Shown: positions 10,859-21,782, counted from the first letter of the stretch. The stretch is DNA of 64,000 nt from an uncultured Pelagibacteraceae bacterium (GCA_902582605.1 CACHSP010000003.1:6876-70875), one strand, 5' to 3'. Notes: generated by a model not told the origin, from the sequence alone. A program made the numbers and translations.

Positions 10859-12002
10859 AAATTTTCTAATTACAATTCTTATAACTTTTTTTATTTCCAA
10901 TAGTGCAAATTCTAATATTGAGATAAAAGCAAGAACAGCAATTTTACAAGATTTTTTGTCGGGTGAAATTTTATACGAAAAAGAACCAGACAGATCAATT
11001 TATCCTGCTTCAATGACAAAAATAATGACCTCCATAATAGCTTTTGATTTAATTAAATCAGGCGATTTAACTTTAGATGAAAAATTTATTATTTCAGAGA
11101 AAGCTTGGCGGCTATCAACTTCTGGATATTCTTCAATGTTTGTTATGGTTAATGATGAGGTGAGTGTAGAAAATTTACTTAGAGGTATTATTGTTGCCTC
11201 AGGAAACGACGCTTGTGTTGCATTAGCTGAAGGGATAGCAGGCACAGAAGAGGAATTTGCTATTATGATGACTTCCAAAGCACAAGAAATTGGTATGAGC
11301 AATACAAATTTTGCTAACTCATCTGGAATTAATGATCCTGACAATTATTCAACAGTAAAAGATATAATGATAATGTCTCATTATTTAATTAAAAACTATC
11401 CAGAATATTATGAATGGTTCAGTGAAAAAGAATTTACATGGGATAGAACTGGTGGTGATCCAATTACTCAAGGAAATAGAAATCCACTTCTATATAAAAA
11501 TATTGGTGCAGATGGAATTAAAACTGGATATCTAGCAGTGGAAAAATATTCTTTAGCATCATCATTAGAAAGAAAAGGCAGAAGGCTAATTGCAGTAGCT
11601 AGTGGTTTCGAAACTAAAAATTCTAGATCTAGAGAGAGCTCAAAACTATTGACATATGGTTTAACGAATTTTGATTTAGTAGAAATAAATAAATCGGGAG
11701 AAGATTTTGATAGCATTGATGTTTGGTTAGGAAAAAAGGATTTTGTTAAAGTTTATACTAAAGAAGATATCTATAAAATTATTAAAAAAGGTAAAAAAAA
11801 ATTGTTAAAAGTTAAAATGTTATATGAAGGACCTGTGGAAGCTCCAATTAGTAAAGATCAAGTTTTAGCAAAATTAAGGATTATTTATGATGATGAATTA
11901 ATTGATGAATATGATCTTTTGGCAAAAGAGCAAGTGAACAAAGTAAATATTTTTTCAAGGTTAATGAAATCCTTAAATTATTTGATTTGGGGTGATGTCT
12001 AA
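10851..12002 (+). CDS. dacA: D-alanyl-D-alanine carboxypeptidase (PBP5/6)
   Basis: PASMTK (SxxK), SGN, KTG motifs. Confidence 0.94.
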   Translation: MFKNFLITILITFFISNSANSNIEIKARTAILQDFLSGEILYEKEPDRSIYPASMTKIMTSIIAFDLIKSGDLTLDEKFIISEKAWRLSTSGYSSMFVMVNDEVSVENLLRGIIVASGNDACVALAEGIAGTEEEFAIMMTSKAQEIGMSNTNFANSSGINDPDNYSTVKDIMIMSHYLIKNYPEYYEWFSEKEFTWDRTGGDPITQGNRNPLLYKNIGADGIKTGYLAVEKYSLASSLERKGRRLIAVASGFETKNSRSRESSKLLTYGLTNFDLVEINKSGEDFDSIDVWLGKKDFVKVYTKEDIYKIIKKGKKKLLKVKMLYEGPVEAPISKDQVLAKLRIIYDDELIDEYDLLAKEQVNKVNIFSRLMKSLNYLIWGDV

Positions 12003-12606
12003 AAAAATTGTTATAGCCTTTGAGGGTATTGAAGGTAGTGGAAAAACTTTTCATATTGATAATGTTTCTAAATATTTAAAAAGAAAAAAAATACCTCATA
12101 TAAAGTTAAGAGAGCCTGGAGGAAATAAGAACTCTGAAAAAATAAGAAAATTAATTTTAGATAAGAAATCCAATTTTAAAAAAAAAACCGATTTATTACT
12201 TTATTTAGCGGCCAGAAGCGAAAATATGGACAATTTGAAAAAAAATTTTAGAAAAAAGATAATTTTACTTGATAGGTTTACCGACTCTACCATTGCCTAT
12301 CAACATTTTGGAATGGGTGTAAATTTAGATATTATTAAAAAGATTAATAATCATATTTTAAAATCATTTAAAGTAGATTTTACATTTTTAAGTATTGTTA
12401 ATATAAACAATATGCAAAAAAGATTGAAACAACGAAAAAAACTTAATCGTTACGATACATTCAAAGAAAAATTTTATAAAAAAGTACAAAATGGTTTTTT
12501 AAGAATATCAAAAAATAAAAAAAGATATAAAATAATCAATTCAAACCTTCCAATAGAATTAAACAAAAAAATCATAATTGATAAAATTGAAAAATTATTA
12601 AAATGA
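11995..12606 (+). CDS. tmk: Thymidylate kinase
   Basis: FEGIEGSGKT, REPGG, DRFTDSTIAYQ. Confidence 0.95.
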   Translation: MSKKIVIAFEGIEGSGKTFHIDNVSKYLKRKKIPHIKLREPGGNKNSEKIRKLILDKKSNFKKKTDLLLYLAARSENMDNLKKNFRKKIILLDRFTDSTIAYQHFGMGVNLDIIKKINNHILKSFKVDFTFLSIVNINNMQKRLKQRKKLNRYDTFKEKFYKKVQNGFLRISKNKKRYKIINSNLPIELNKKIIIDKIEKLLK

Positions 12607-13523
12607 ATTTATATCCTAACAGCCAAACAAATCTTTATGGATTACAGGATAACTTTTTATTTTTTGCTAAATTATTTGATCAAAAAAGATTACCATCAAA
12701 GATTTTATTAACTGGTCAAAAAGGTATTGGCAAGTGTACTCTCGCTTATCATTTAATTAATTTTGTTTTATCAAAAGATGAAAAAATGCCTTATGATTTA
12801 GTTGAATTTAAAATAAATTTTGATAATCGCTCATTTAAGTTAATTCAAAATGGTTCTTGTCCAAATTTCAATTTAATAGACATTAATCTTGATAAAAAAA
12901 ACATAGATATAGAACAAATTAGAGAATTAATAATTCAACTCAATAAGTCTTCATTCAATAATAAGCCAAGATTTGTTTTAATTGATAATATTGAATATTT
13001 GAATTTAAATTCAGTAAATGCGCTGTTAAAAACGTTAGAGGAACCTAATGAGAATATATTTTTTATTTTAATAAATAGTAATAAGAAAATAATTCCAACA
13101 CTTCTATCTCGTTGTATTAATTTCAATATATCCTTAGAAAAAGATAAGGTTAATGAAATATGTTCACTTCTTTTTGATAATGATATCGATAATCTCATAA
13201 ATAAAGATTTATTAAATTATTATTCTACTCCTGGAGAAATTTATAATCTTTTAAAATTTTCTGAAGAAAAAAAAATTGATTTAAAAGACATAAATTTAAA
13301 AGATTTTTTATTAAAATTGATAAGTGAAAATATTTATAAGGATGATAAGCAATCTAAAACATTTGTTTACAATGTTCTTGAAATATTCCTGATAAAAGAT
13401 ATTTCATTTTCAAATTCAGATATTTACAATTATTTTTTGAAAAGAATAAATGATTTTAAGAAATTCAATTTAGATGATGAATCTTTATTTTTAGAAATAA
13501 ATTCAAAGCTTTTAAATGAATAA
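12603..13523 (+). CDS. holB: DNA polymerase III delta' subunit
   Basis: GQKGIGK, NALLKTLEEP, TLLSRC; tmk-holB-metG-tatD synteny. Confidence 0.9.
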   Translation: MNLYPNSQTNLYGLQDNFLFFAKLFDQKRLPSKILLTGQKGIGKCTLAYHLINFVLSKDEKMPYDLVEFKINFDNRSFKLIQNGSCPNFNLIDINLDKKNIDIEQIRELIIQLNKSSFNNKPRFVLIDNIEYLNLNSVNALLKTLEEPNENIFFILINSNKKIIPTLLSRCINFNISLEKDKVNEICSLLFDNDIDNLINKDLLNYYSTPGEIYNLLKFSEEKKIDLKDINLKDFLLKLISENIYKDDKQSKTFVYNVLEIFLIKDISFSNSDIYNYFLKRINDFKKFNLDDESLFLEINSKLLNE

Positions 13524-15057
13524 AAATTATTATATTACAACACCCATTTATTATCCCTCAGCCAAACCACATATGGGACATGCTTATTCGAGTATTATTG
13601 CTGATTTTTTTGCCAGGTTTAAAAGAATAGATGGATATAAAGTTTATTTTCTGACTGGAACTGATGAGCACGGTTTAAAAATTCAAAGAGCTGCTGAAAA
13701 AAAAGGAGTTGAACCTCTAGCGTTCTGCGATGAAATTAGCAAAACATTCAAGAATTTATCAAAAACTCTTAATTTAACAAATGATGATTTTATAAGAACT
13801 ACTGAGTCTCGACACAAAAAATCTGTCCAATATTTGTGGGAAGAATTAAAAAAAAATGATGACATTTATTTATCAAAATATTCTGGTTGGTATTCAGTAT
13901 CGGATGAGGCGTTCTACAATGAGGATGAGATTGAAGATCTTGATAATAAAAAAGTGGCCATATCATCTAAATCTCCTGTTGAATGGGTTGATGAGGAATC
14001 TTATTTTTTTAGATTGTCTAAGTGGGAAAAGCCGTTATTAGAATTTTATGAAAAAAATCCTGATTTTATTTCTCCAGCGTCTAGAAAAAATGAAGTCATA
14101 AGTTTTGTTAAAAGTGGATTAAAAGATTTATCAGTGAGTAGAAAAAGTTTTTCTTGGGGTATTAAAGTTCCGAATGATAATGAACACGTAATATATGTGT
14201 GGTTAGATGCTCTCACTAATTATATTAGTGCTTTAAATTATCCCAATAAAGATGATGAATTATATAAAAAATTTTGGCCAGCATCTGTTCACTTGATTGG
14301 AAAAGATATATTAAGATTTCATGCAATATATTGGCCTGCGTTCCTATTGGCTGCAAAAATTACTCCTCCAAAAAAAGTTTATGGACATGGATGGATATTA
14401 TCTAATGAGGAAAAAATGTCTAAATCAAAAGGAAATATATTGGATCCATTAGAAATTATAAAACAATATGGACTGGATCCTTTGAGATATTATTTAATAA
14501 AAGAAGTTTCATTTGGAAATGATGGTAATATTTCTCAAGAAAGATTAGAAGATTGTATTAATAGTGATTTAGCCAATAATTTTGGTAATTTATGTCAACG
14601 TGTATCTGCATTTGTTATTAAAAATTGTGATAGCAAGGTGCCAGAAAAAATTAAATTTGAGAATGATGATATAAAAATTTTAGATGAATATAGTCAGAAT
14701 TTGGATAAGTTGAGATCGGAAATAGACAATCAAAATATTAACTATTATATTGATTATATTGTAAATCGATTATTTGAAGCCAATAAATATTTTAATGACC
14801 AGGAGCCGTGGAAAAAAAAAGATGATAAAATTAGGTTAAATACAATAGTTTATACAACTCTTGAAATTGTTAGAAAAGTAACTTTTTTATTATATCCAAT
14901 TATTCCGCAATCATCTATTAAAGCACTAAAAATTTTCAATCTTGAAGAAAAAGATGTAATTTTTCAGTCAATTGGAAATAATGAATTTTTAAAAAAAGGA
15001 AGTGCTATTAATAAAATTGATATATTATTTAACAAAATAGAAAAAGAAAATGATTGA
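13516..15057 (+). CDS. metG: Methionine-tRNA ligase (short form)
   Basis: YITTPIYY, HMGH, TGTDEHG, YVWLDAL, KMSKS. Confidence 0.97.
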   Translation: MNKNYYITTPIYYPSAKPHMGHAYSSIIADFFARFKRIDGYKVYFLTGTDEHGLKIQRAAEKKGVEPLAFCDEISKTFKNLSKTLNLTNDDFIRTTESRHKKSVQYLWEELKKNDDIYLSKYSGWYSVSDEAFYNEDEIEDLDNKKVAISSKSPVEWVDEESYFFRLSKWEKPLLEFYEKNPDFISPASRKNEVISFVKSGLKDLSVSRKSFSWGIKVPNDNEHVIYVWLDALTNYISALNYPNKDDELYKKFWPASVHLIGKDILRFHAIYWPAFLLAAKITPPKKVYGHGWILSNEEKMSKSKGNILDPLEIIKQYGLDPLRYYLIKEVSFGNDGNISQERLEDCINSDLANNFGNLCQRVSAFVIKNCDSKVPEKIKFENDDIKILDEYSQNLDKLRSEIDNQNINYYIDYIVNRLFEANKYFNDQEPWKKKDDKIRLNTIVYTTLEIVRKVTFLLYPIIPQSSIKALKIFNLEEKDVIFQSIGNNEFLKKGSAINKIDILFNKIEKEND

Positions 15058-15811
15058 TTCACATTGTCATCTAGATCATGAGCCGTTATTTAGTGATTTA
15101 AATAATGTTATACAGCGATCAAAAGAAATTGGTGTAAAAAAATTATTAACAATTTCAACATCTATTGAAAGCTTTTCCAGAGTTAAAGACATTGTAAATA
15201 AAGATGAAATTATATTTGGTACAATTGGAATTCACCCGCATGAAACAGACAAAAATAATGTTAACTCAGAATTTTTTACAAAAAATTTAAATGAAAATAA
15301 AAAAATTATTGGTGTAGGGGAAACTGGTCTTGATTTTTATTATGATAATTCAGATAGAGATAAACAAATAAAAAGTTTTAAAATACACATTAAAGCTGCA
15401 TTAGAAGCAAATATACCATTAATTATTCATTCAAGAAATGCCGAAGAAAAAACTTACGAAGTATTAAATGAATATAAAGATGAAAAGTTAAAAATTTTGA
15501 TGCATTGTTTCACAGGATCTCAAAAATTTGCAGAAAAGCTTTTAAAATTTAATTCTTATTTTTCTGCAAGTGGTATTATCACTTTCAAAAATTCTGTTGA
15601 TCTTCAAAATACATTTAAGTCTCTTCCATTAGATAGAATTCTCATTGAAACAGATAGTCCTTTTTTAGCTCCAGTGCCAAATAGAGGAAAAAAAAATGAA
15701 CCATCATTTATAGATTTTACTGCAGCCAAACTTGCAGAAATAAAGGGCATTGAAAAATCTGAACTTATCAAAATTACCACTAATAATTTTAATAATCTTT
15801 TTTTTAATTAA
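15050..15811 (+). CDS. tatD: TatD family hydrolase
   Basis: DSHCH, GIHPH, GETGLD, HCFTG, ETDSPFLAP. Confidence 0.95.
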   Translation: MIDSHCHLDHEPLFSDLNNVIQRSKEIGVKKLLTISTSIESFSRVKDIVNKDEIIFGTIGIHPHETDKNNVNSEFFTKNLNENKKIIGVGETGLDFYYDNSDRDKQIKSFKIHIKAALEANIPLIIHSRNAEEKTYEVLNEYKDEKLKILMHCFTGSQKFAEKLLKFNSYFSASGIITFKNSVDLQNTFKSLPLDRILIETDSPFLAPVPNRGKKNEPSFIDFTAAKLAEIKGIEKSELIKITTNNFNNLFFN

Positions 15812-15817
15812 AATTAT

Positions 15818-16588
15818 ATGAAGTTTATAATACTTGGTTGTGGTAGTTCAATGGGTGTACCAAGACCAGATGGCTTTTTTGGTAATTGTGATCCTAAAAT
15901 CAAGAAGAATTATAGAACACGATGTTCTGCACTATTAAAAACCTCTAATCAAAATATATTGATTGATACTTCACCTGATTTACGTCAACAATTATTAAGA
16001 CATAAGATTAAAAAAATAGATAAAGTGCTTTTTTCACACATGCATGGTGATCAAACACATGGAATAAATGATTTAAGATCATTTTATATAAGTAGCAAAA
16101 ATCAAATCGATGTATATGCTGATCCATTTACTTCTAAATATTTAAAAAATAGTTTTTCATATATATTCAAAAGTTACTCTAGAGAGTATCCTGCTACTTT
16201 AAAATTGCATAAATTACCTAAAACCTTTTTTACATCTAATAATAAGAAAAAAATTTATGTTAAATCAATTGAAGTTGAACACGGAAAAGTTAAATCTAAT
16301 TGCTTTATTATTGACAAGAAATTGGCTTACATTAGCGATGTAAGTAAAATTTACACTAAAGATTTTAGATATTTCAATAATTTAAAGTTTTTAGTCATTG
16401 ATTGCCTTTGGTATAATTACCATCCATCACATTTTAACTTAGATACCTCTCTTTCTATGATAAAAAAGTTCAAACCTAAAAAAGCTATTTTAACAAATCT
16501 ATCCCCAGTATTAGATTACAAAGTCCTGAGAAAAATTTTACCAAAAAATATAATACCTGCTTTCGATGGGCTTACTCTAAATTTATAA
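15818..16588 (+). CDS. MBL-fold metallo-hydrolase (PhnP/YycJ-like)
   Basis: LGCGSSMGVP, IDTSPDLRQQ, SHMHGDQTHG. Confidence 0.9.
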   Translation: MKFIILGCGSSMGVPRPDGFFGNCDPKIKKNYRTRCSALLKTSNQNILIDTSPDLRQQLLRHKIKKIDKVLFSHMHGDQTHGINDLRSFYISSKNQIDVYADPFTSKYLKNSFSYIFKSYSREYPATLKLHKLPKTFFTSNNKKKIYVKSIEVEHGKVKSNCFIIDKKLAYISDVSKIYTKDFRYFNNLKFLVIDCLWYNYHPSHFNLDTSLSMIKKFKPKKAILTNLSPVLDYKVLRKILPKNIIPAFDGLTLNL

Positions 16589-17128
16589 AATACTCTCTAT
16601 TTTATTAATTATTTTATTTGATAATGGTTTAGTGAAAGAGGAAAATGTATCCTCGATTTTTCCTTCTTTGTTTATCAAAATCTTATGAAAATTCCACTTT
16701 GGTACTGCTGAGCTACCATGATTAGTTTTAGCCCATTTAAATAACTCATGTGCATTATTTCCTTTTACCTCAGTAATAGCTGAAAGTGGAAAGGTGATAT
16801 TAAAATTTACTTCACAAAATTCTTTAACTTCTGAGTTTTTATTTTTTTCTTGATTAAATGAATTTGACGGTACAGCAAGAACAACTAAACCCTTACTTTT
16901 ATATTTATCCCAAAGAATTTGAAGTTCTTCATATTGATTTGTAAATCCACAATAACTTGCCGTATTTACAACTAATACTGCATTATTTTTAAAATCACTA
17001 AAATTTATTATATCGCCCGATATGCTCTCAATATTTAGATCAAAAAAAGTTTTTTCATAATTTGCGATAGCTGAACTTTTAAAAAAAAACATAATTATTG
17101 TAAAACCTAATATAAATTTTTTTGTCAT
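16583..17128 (-). CDS. Cys-type glutathione peroxidase with signal peptide
   Basis: VNTASYCGFTNQY, PSNSFNQE, KWNFHK. Confidence 0.93.
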   Translation of the reverse strand: MTKKFILGFTIIMFFFKSSAIANYEKTFFDLNIESISGDIINFSDFKNNAVLVVNTASYCGFTNQYEELQILWDKYKSKGLVVLAVPSNSFNQEKNKNSEVKEFCEVNFNITFPLSAITEVKGNNAHELFKWAKTNHGSSAVPKWNFHKILINKEGKIEDTFSSFTKPLSNKIINKIESIL

Positions 17129-18297
17129 TTATTAGGTGTAAGTAGTATTAAGAAGTAACCAAATAAAGTGGATAAAAGTGACCCAGTTAGTACTCCTATT
17201 TTTACACCATCCATATATTGCATATTCTCAATAAATGCTAAATTTCCAACAAAAAGACTCATTGTGAAACCAATACCAGTTAGAACACCCACGCCATAAA
17301 AGTTATACCAATTTGAATTATTAGGCATTTGAGCAATTTTTGTTTTAATTGCTACATATGAAAATACAAAGACACCTAATTGTTTACCTACAAATAATCC
17401 TAATAAAATTCCGAGTGGCACTTTGTCTAATAAAGAATTAAAAGATAAGCCTTCCAGAGATACTCCTGCATTGGCAAAAGCAAATAAAGGCATAATACCA
17501 AAAGCTACGTAGGGACTTATTGCATGTTCAACTTTGATTAATAAAGAAAAATCTTTTTCTTTCTTTCGATGAGGTATGGTTATAGCTAATAAAACTCCTG
17601 CAATAGTAGCATGAATACCTGAATTATGGGTAAAGTCCCAAAGAAATATACCCACTATTAAATAAGGTAAAAATTTTTTAATATTAAATTTATTTATTAC
17701 TAACAATATAATAAAAGCTAAGAGCATAAGCGTTAAATATTTAATACTCAAATCACCTGAATAAAATAAAGCAATGATAACAATCGCACCTAAGTCATCA
17801 ATAATTGCTAAAGCGGTTAAAAAAACTTTTAGAGATAATGGCACTCTCTTTCCTAATAAAGATAATACACCAAGTGAGAAAGCAATGTCGGTAGCAGAGG
17901 GAATGGCCCATCCATTCATAGTTTCGCTGTCGCCAAAGTTTATAAATACATAAAATAATGCAGGAACCAACATGCCACCTACAGCAGCAATTATTGGAAG
18001 TAATGCTTGTTTTATATTTGAAAGTTCACCTTGTAAAAATTCTCTTTTAATTTCCAAAGTAACAAAGAAAAAAAATATTGCCATTAAGGCATCATTAATC
18101 CAATGTAAAACAGATAATTTTAATCCAAAATTGTTTATACCAATAAACAAGTATTTATTTAATGTTGAAAAATAAAAATCAGATAAATTAGAGTTACTGA
18201 TTATCAACGCAATTATAGCTGCAAATAATAAAACTAGACCACTAGCTGCTTCAAGTTTGAAAAACCATTTAAAAGGTTTAGATAAGTAATTAATCAT
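17125..18297 (-). CDS. nhaA: Na+/H+ antiporter NhaA
   Basis: WINDALM, LEIKRE, ATDIAF, IIDDLG, GIGFTMSLF. Confidence 0.97.
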   Translation of the reverse strand: MINYLSKPFKWFFKLEAASGLVLLFAAIIALIISNSNLSDFYFSTLNKYLFIGINNFGLKLSVLHWINDALMAIFFFFVTLEIKREFLQGELSNIKQALLPIIAAVGGMLVPALFYVFINFGDSETMNGWAIPSATDIAFSLGVLSLLGKRVPLSLKVFLTALAIIDDLGAIVIIALFYSGDLSIKYLTLMLLAFIILLVINKFNIKKFLPYLIVGIFLWDFTHNSGIHATIAGVLLAITIPHRKKEKDFSLLIKVEHAISPYVAFGIMPLFAFANAGVSLEGLSFNSLLDKVPLGILLGLFVGKQLGVFVFSYVAIKTKIAQMPNNSNWYNFYGVGVLTGIGFTMSLFVGNLAFIENMQYMDGVKIGVLTGSLLSTLFGYFLILLTPNK

Positions 18298-18299
18298 GA

Positions 18300-18764
18300 T
18301 TAAATTAGGTCTTTAATAAATAATTCTATATCTTTCAATGTTTCAAAAAGGTTAAACATAATAAGTTCAAGACCTGGGAAGAATTGATATAAAAATGAGT
18401 TAAAAGTATCTATTATTATCAGTAGTGCTACAAAAGAGATCAATAACACTATCAAATATGAGAGAAATTTTATAAAAGATAGGCTCTTTTTTGGATTATA
18501 TTCTGTAATTTCATAATTTTTTTTATCTTTTAATTTAGAGTAATCTTTTTCTTCAAAAACTTTTTGTTTGTTTTCTTCAATAAATGTTTTTTTTAAGTTA
18601 TCAATTTTAGTATCTTGATTTTTTTCTTTTTTAAAATTGGAAATTATAGGGTTATAAAACCAAACATGATTGCATGAGCCACATTGAATGTTTCTTCCAT
18701 TTTCAGGGATAAGTTCTGAATTTACCTCAAAAACTTTACTACAATTAATACACTCTATAATCAT
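18300..18764 (-). CDS. Zinc-ribbon (MJ0042-type) membrane protein
   Basis: CINC...CGSCNHVW and one C-terminal TM helix. Confidence 0.8.
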   Translation of the reverse strand: MIIECINCSKVFEVNSELIPENGRNIQCGSCNHVWFYNPIISNFKKEKNQDTKIDNLKKTFIEENKQKVFEEKDYSKLKDKKNYEITEYNPKKSLSFIKFLSYLIVLLISFVALLIIIDTFNSFLYQFFPGLELIMFNLFETLKDIELFIKDLI

Positions 18765-18877
18765 TATCTTTTATATCACATATGAATAAACGTTGTCGCT
18801 ATTAGATATAATATTAAAATATAGAAGTTATAATCAATTATTTCTAATTTTCCTTATTATTAATCTTTTTCTTTTTA

Positions 18878-18905
18878 TTGAAAACATAAGTAAAAACGCT
18901 ATAAC
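18878..18905 (+). promoter_or_regulatory. Putative sigma70 promoter for tRNA-Pro and downstream genes
   Basis: TTGAAA-16 nt-TATAAC (GCTATAAC), 9 nt before the tRNA. Confidence 0.55.
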
Positions 18906-18914
18906 CAACACTCT

Positions 18915-18991
<77 letters not shown>

Positions 18992-18996
18992 TTGAT

Positions 18997-19278
18997 ATGA
19001 AAAAAGCAAAAATTTACATACCTAATAAAAGTGCAATGCAATCTGGTTTAGGAAAACTTGATAAATGGATACTTGAATTTGAAACTAATGATCCAATAAA
19101 AAATCCTTTAATGGGATGGGAAAGTTCTAATGATACGTATACTGAGCTAAAATTAGAATTTTCAACCAAAGAATTAGCAATAAATTATGCAAAGAAGAAA
19201 AAAATTGATTATGAACTAATTGAGCCAAAAAAAAGAAAAATAGTAAAAAAATCCTACGCAGATAATTTTTTAAAATAG
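18997..19278 (+). CDS. ETC complex I accessory subunit (NDUFS4-like)
   Basis: AMQSG, NPLMGWESS, SYADNF. Confidence 0.92.
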   Translation: MKKAKIYIPNKSAMQSGLGKLDKWILEFETNDPIKNPLMGWESSNDTYTELKLEFSTKELAINYAKKKKIDYELIEPKKRKIVKKSYADNFLK

Positions 19279-19285
19279 ATAAATA

Positions 19286-20278
19286 ATGTTTAAATTTTTT
19301 ACAGATAGAAGATGGTATTTATGGAGTATAGGTGGAACGGTACTGATTTTAATGGCTACTTGGTATCAGGTTCAACTTGATGTGAGAATTAATGAATGGT
19401 TTGGTGAATTTTACGATACTTTACAAAAAGCGCTCACTAATCCTAACTCTGTATCTGAAAAAGAATTTATCGCATATCTTTTTACATTTGCTAAAATTGC
19501 AGCGGTATACATTTTAGTAGTTATTTTTAGTGATTATTTTACCAGCCACTGGACATTTAGATGGAGAACTGCAATGGCTGATTTTTATCACGACAAATGG
19601 AATGATGCCTCTTCTATAGAAGGAGCATCTCAAAGAGTTCAAGAGGACACTCTTAAATTTGCTAGAATAATGGAAGGACTAGGGGCTGAATTACTGAGAA
19701 GTGTAATGACGTTGATTGCTTTTACTCCAATTTTGTGGGGTTTATCAAAAAGTATTACAGTGTTACCATGGATTGGCGAAGTTGAACATGCTTTAGTTTG
19801 GGTCGCGATTATATCAGCACTGGGTGGAACAATATTATTAGCTAGTGTTGGGATTAAACTTCCTGGCATTGAATATGATATTCAAAAAGAAGAGGCTGCT
19901 TATAGGAAAGAATTAGTTTTAGGAGAGGATTTTAAAGAAAGTGCACAACCTGCAAAAATTACAGATCTTTATGGTGGTGTTAGAAAAATTCATTATAAGA
20001 TGTATTTTCACTACCTTTACTTTAATGCGGTAAAATGGAGTTACTTACAAGGTATGGTAATTGTTCCATATTTAGCATTAGCACCAACGATTGTAACTGG
20101 TGCAATAACACTTGGTTTTGTTCAACAAATTATAAGAGCTTTTGGTCGAGTTGAAACATCACTGCAATATTTAGTTAGGAGCTGGCCGATTATTGTTGAA
20201 CTAATTTCAGTTTGGAAAAGATTGAGAGAATTTGAATCAAAATTAGAGAAAAATATATCTCTTGAAACTGCAAAATAA
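19286..20278 (+). CDS. SbmA/BacA-like peptide transporter
   Basis: INEWFGEFYD, FRWRTAM, IEGASQRVQEDT, EAAYRKELV. Confidence 0.88.
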   Translation: MFKFFTDRRWYLWSIGGTVLILMATWYQVQLDVRINEWFGEFYDTLQKALTNPNSVSEKEFIAYLFTFAKIAAVYILVVIFSDYFTSHWTFRWRTAMADFYHDKWNDASSIEGASQRVQEDTLKFARIMEGLGAELLRSVMTLIAFTPILWGLSKSITVLPWIGEVEHALVWVAIISALGGTILLASVGIKLPGIEYDIQKEEAAYRKELVLGEDFKESAQPAKITDLYGGVRKIHYKMYFHYLYFNAVKWSYLQGMVIVPYLALAPTIVTGAITLGFVQQIIRAFGRVETSLQYLVRSWPIIVELISVWKRLREFESKLEKNISLETAK

Positions 20279-21225
20279 TGTCATTAGACAAAAAATTTGA
20301 AGACTTATTTTTAGATGTTTCAATCAAAGCAGCCTTATCATCTTACCATTTTGTTGGAAAAAAAGATAAAATAGCAGCAGATAAATCGGCTGTAGATGCA
20401 ATGAGAAATAAACTTAATGAAATAGAAATGAGAGGGAAGGTAGTTATAGGAGAGGGAGAACTGGATGAAGCTCCTATGCTCTATATCGGGGAAACTTTAG
20501 GTACCATGAGTGGTCCTGAGTTAGATATTGCTGTGGATCCTTTAGAGGGAACTAATTTTGCAGCAAATAATCAGCCAGGAGCATTATCTGTTATTGCAGT
20601 TGCAGAAAAGTCAAATTTATTAAGTGCACCAGAGACTTATATGAACAAAATTTCTGCAAATGTACCCTCTGAGGGTATTATTGATTTGGATTATTCAGTT
20701 AAAAAAAATATTTCTAATCTTGCAGATTATAAGAATAAACAACCCAATGAACTTTCTGTATGTATTTTAGATCGACCAAGGCATAAAAAGATTATTGAAG
20801 AACTAAGGAATTTGAAGGTGAATTTAAAACTTATTTCTGATGGAGATGTATCAGGAGCTTTATTAGTTTCTGATAAGAAATATAATATAGATATTTTTAT
20901 GGGTATTGGTGGCGGACCCGAGGGTGTGCTTGCAGCTTCTGCTTTGGATACTTTTGATTGTTTTTTTCAAGGTAGATTCATTTTCGATAATGAAAATGAT
21001 GTAAATAGGGCAAAAAAAATGGGTATAGATGATTTAAATAAAAAGTATTTGTTAAATGAAATAATTACAGGTGACTCAATTTTTTGTGCAACAGGCATTA
21101 CAAACGGGGACATTGTTTCTGGAATAAAAATAGAGGAAAATAATTATATATCAGAAACGCTCATTACGCATAAATCTACAAATTTGAAAAAAATAATAAA
21201 ATTAAAAAATGAAATAGATGAATAG
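20278..21225 (+). CDS. glpX: Fructose-1,6-bisphosphatase class II
   Basis: VIGEGELDEAPMLYIGE, DPLEGT, DRPRH, DGDV, GGGPEGV. Confidence 0.96.
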   Translation: MSLDKKFEDLFLDVSIKAALSSYHFVGKKDKIAADKSAVDAMRNKLNEIEMRGKVVIGEGELDEAPMLYIGETLGTMSGPELDIAVDPLEGTNFAANNQPGALSVIAVAEKSNLLSAPETYMNKISANVPSEGIIDLDYSVKKNISNLADYKNKQPNELSVCILDRPRHKKIIEELRNLKVNLKLISDGDVSGALLVSDKKYNIDIFMGIGGGPEGVLAASALDTFDCFFQGRFIFDNENDVNRAKKMGIDDLNKKYLLNEIITGDSIFCATGITNGDIVSGIKIEENNYISETLITHKSTNLKKIIKLKNEIDE

Positions 21226-21589
21226 AGAAGATAATTCTTACAAAACTATAAGCGAAGTTGTTAAAATATTGAATTTAAAATCAAAAAAAGGAGACTCTTT
21301 ACCCACTCACACTCTTCGTTTCTGGGAAAAAGAATTTAAACAAATTAAACCTAAAATACTTACTGGAAATAGAAGATATTATGACAAAAAAAACATTGAA
21401 TTATTAAAAAAAATTCATTTTTTATTAAAAGATCAAGGCATGACTATCAAAGGTGTAAAGAAAATACTAAATAATAAAGAACCTTTAAAGCTTGACGAAA
21501 TGGCAGATAATTCTATAAAAGCAAATAATTTAAAAAATAAGTTAAATAAGATTTCAAATATTGTAAAAAGTTTAAAAAAATTTAAATAA
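21218..21589 (+). CDS. MerR-family HTH protein (type usually found after ihfA)
   Basis: KTISEV, HTLRFWEKEF, RRYY, QGMTIKGV. Confidence 0.9.
   Translation: MNREDNSYKTISEVVKILNLKSKKGDSLPTHTLRFWEKEFKQIKPKILTGNRRYYDKKNIELLKKIHFLLKDQGMTIKGVKKILNNKEPLKLDEMADNSIKANNLKNKLNKISNIVKSLKKFK
21492..21519 (+). promoter_or_regulatory. Putative internal sigma70 promoter for rpmG inside the MerR CDS
   Basis: TTGACG-16 nt-TATAAA about 70 nt upstream of rpmG. Confidence 0.4.
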
Positions 21590-21590
21590 A

Positions 21591-21782
21591 ATGGCAAAAA
21601 AAACTCATATAAAAGTTCGTTTAGTCCCTGAAGAAAAACCAGATAGTCCTTTTTTTTATTATGTAAAAAAACCTGCTGGTGGAGAAAAAGCCAAAGTAAA
21701 ATTAAAAGCTAGAAAATATAATCCTTCAACTAGAAAACATGAAATTTTTGTTGAAAAAAAATTACCACCACATAGTAAATAA
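21591..21782 (+). CDS. rpmG: 50S ribosomal protein L33 (Cys-free)
   Basis: IKVRLV...FFYYVKK...RKYNPSTRKHEIFVEKK. Confidence 0.92.
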   Translation: MAKKTHIKVRLVPEEKPDSPFFYYVKKPAGGEKAKVKLKARKYNPSTRKHEIFVEKKLPPHSK

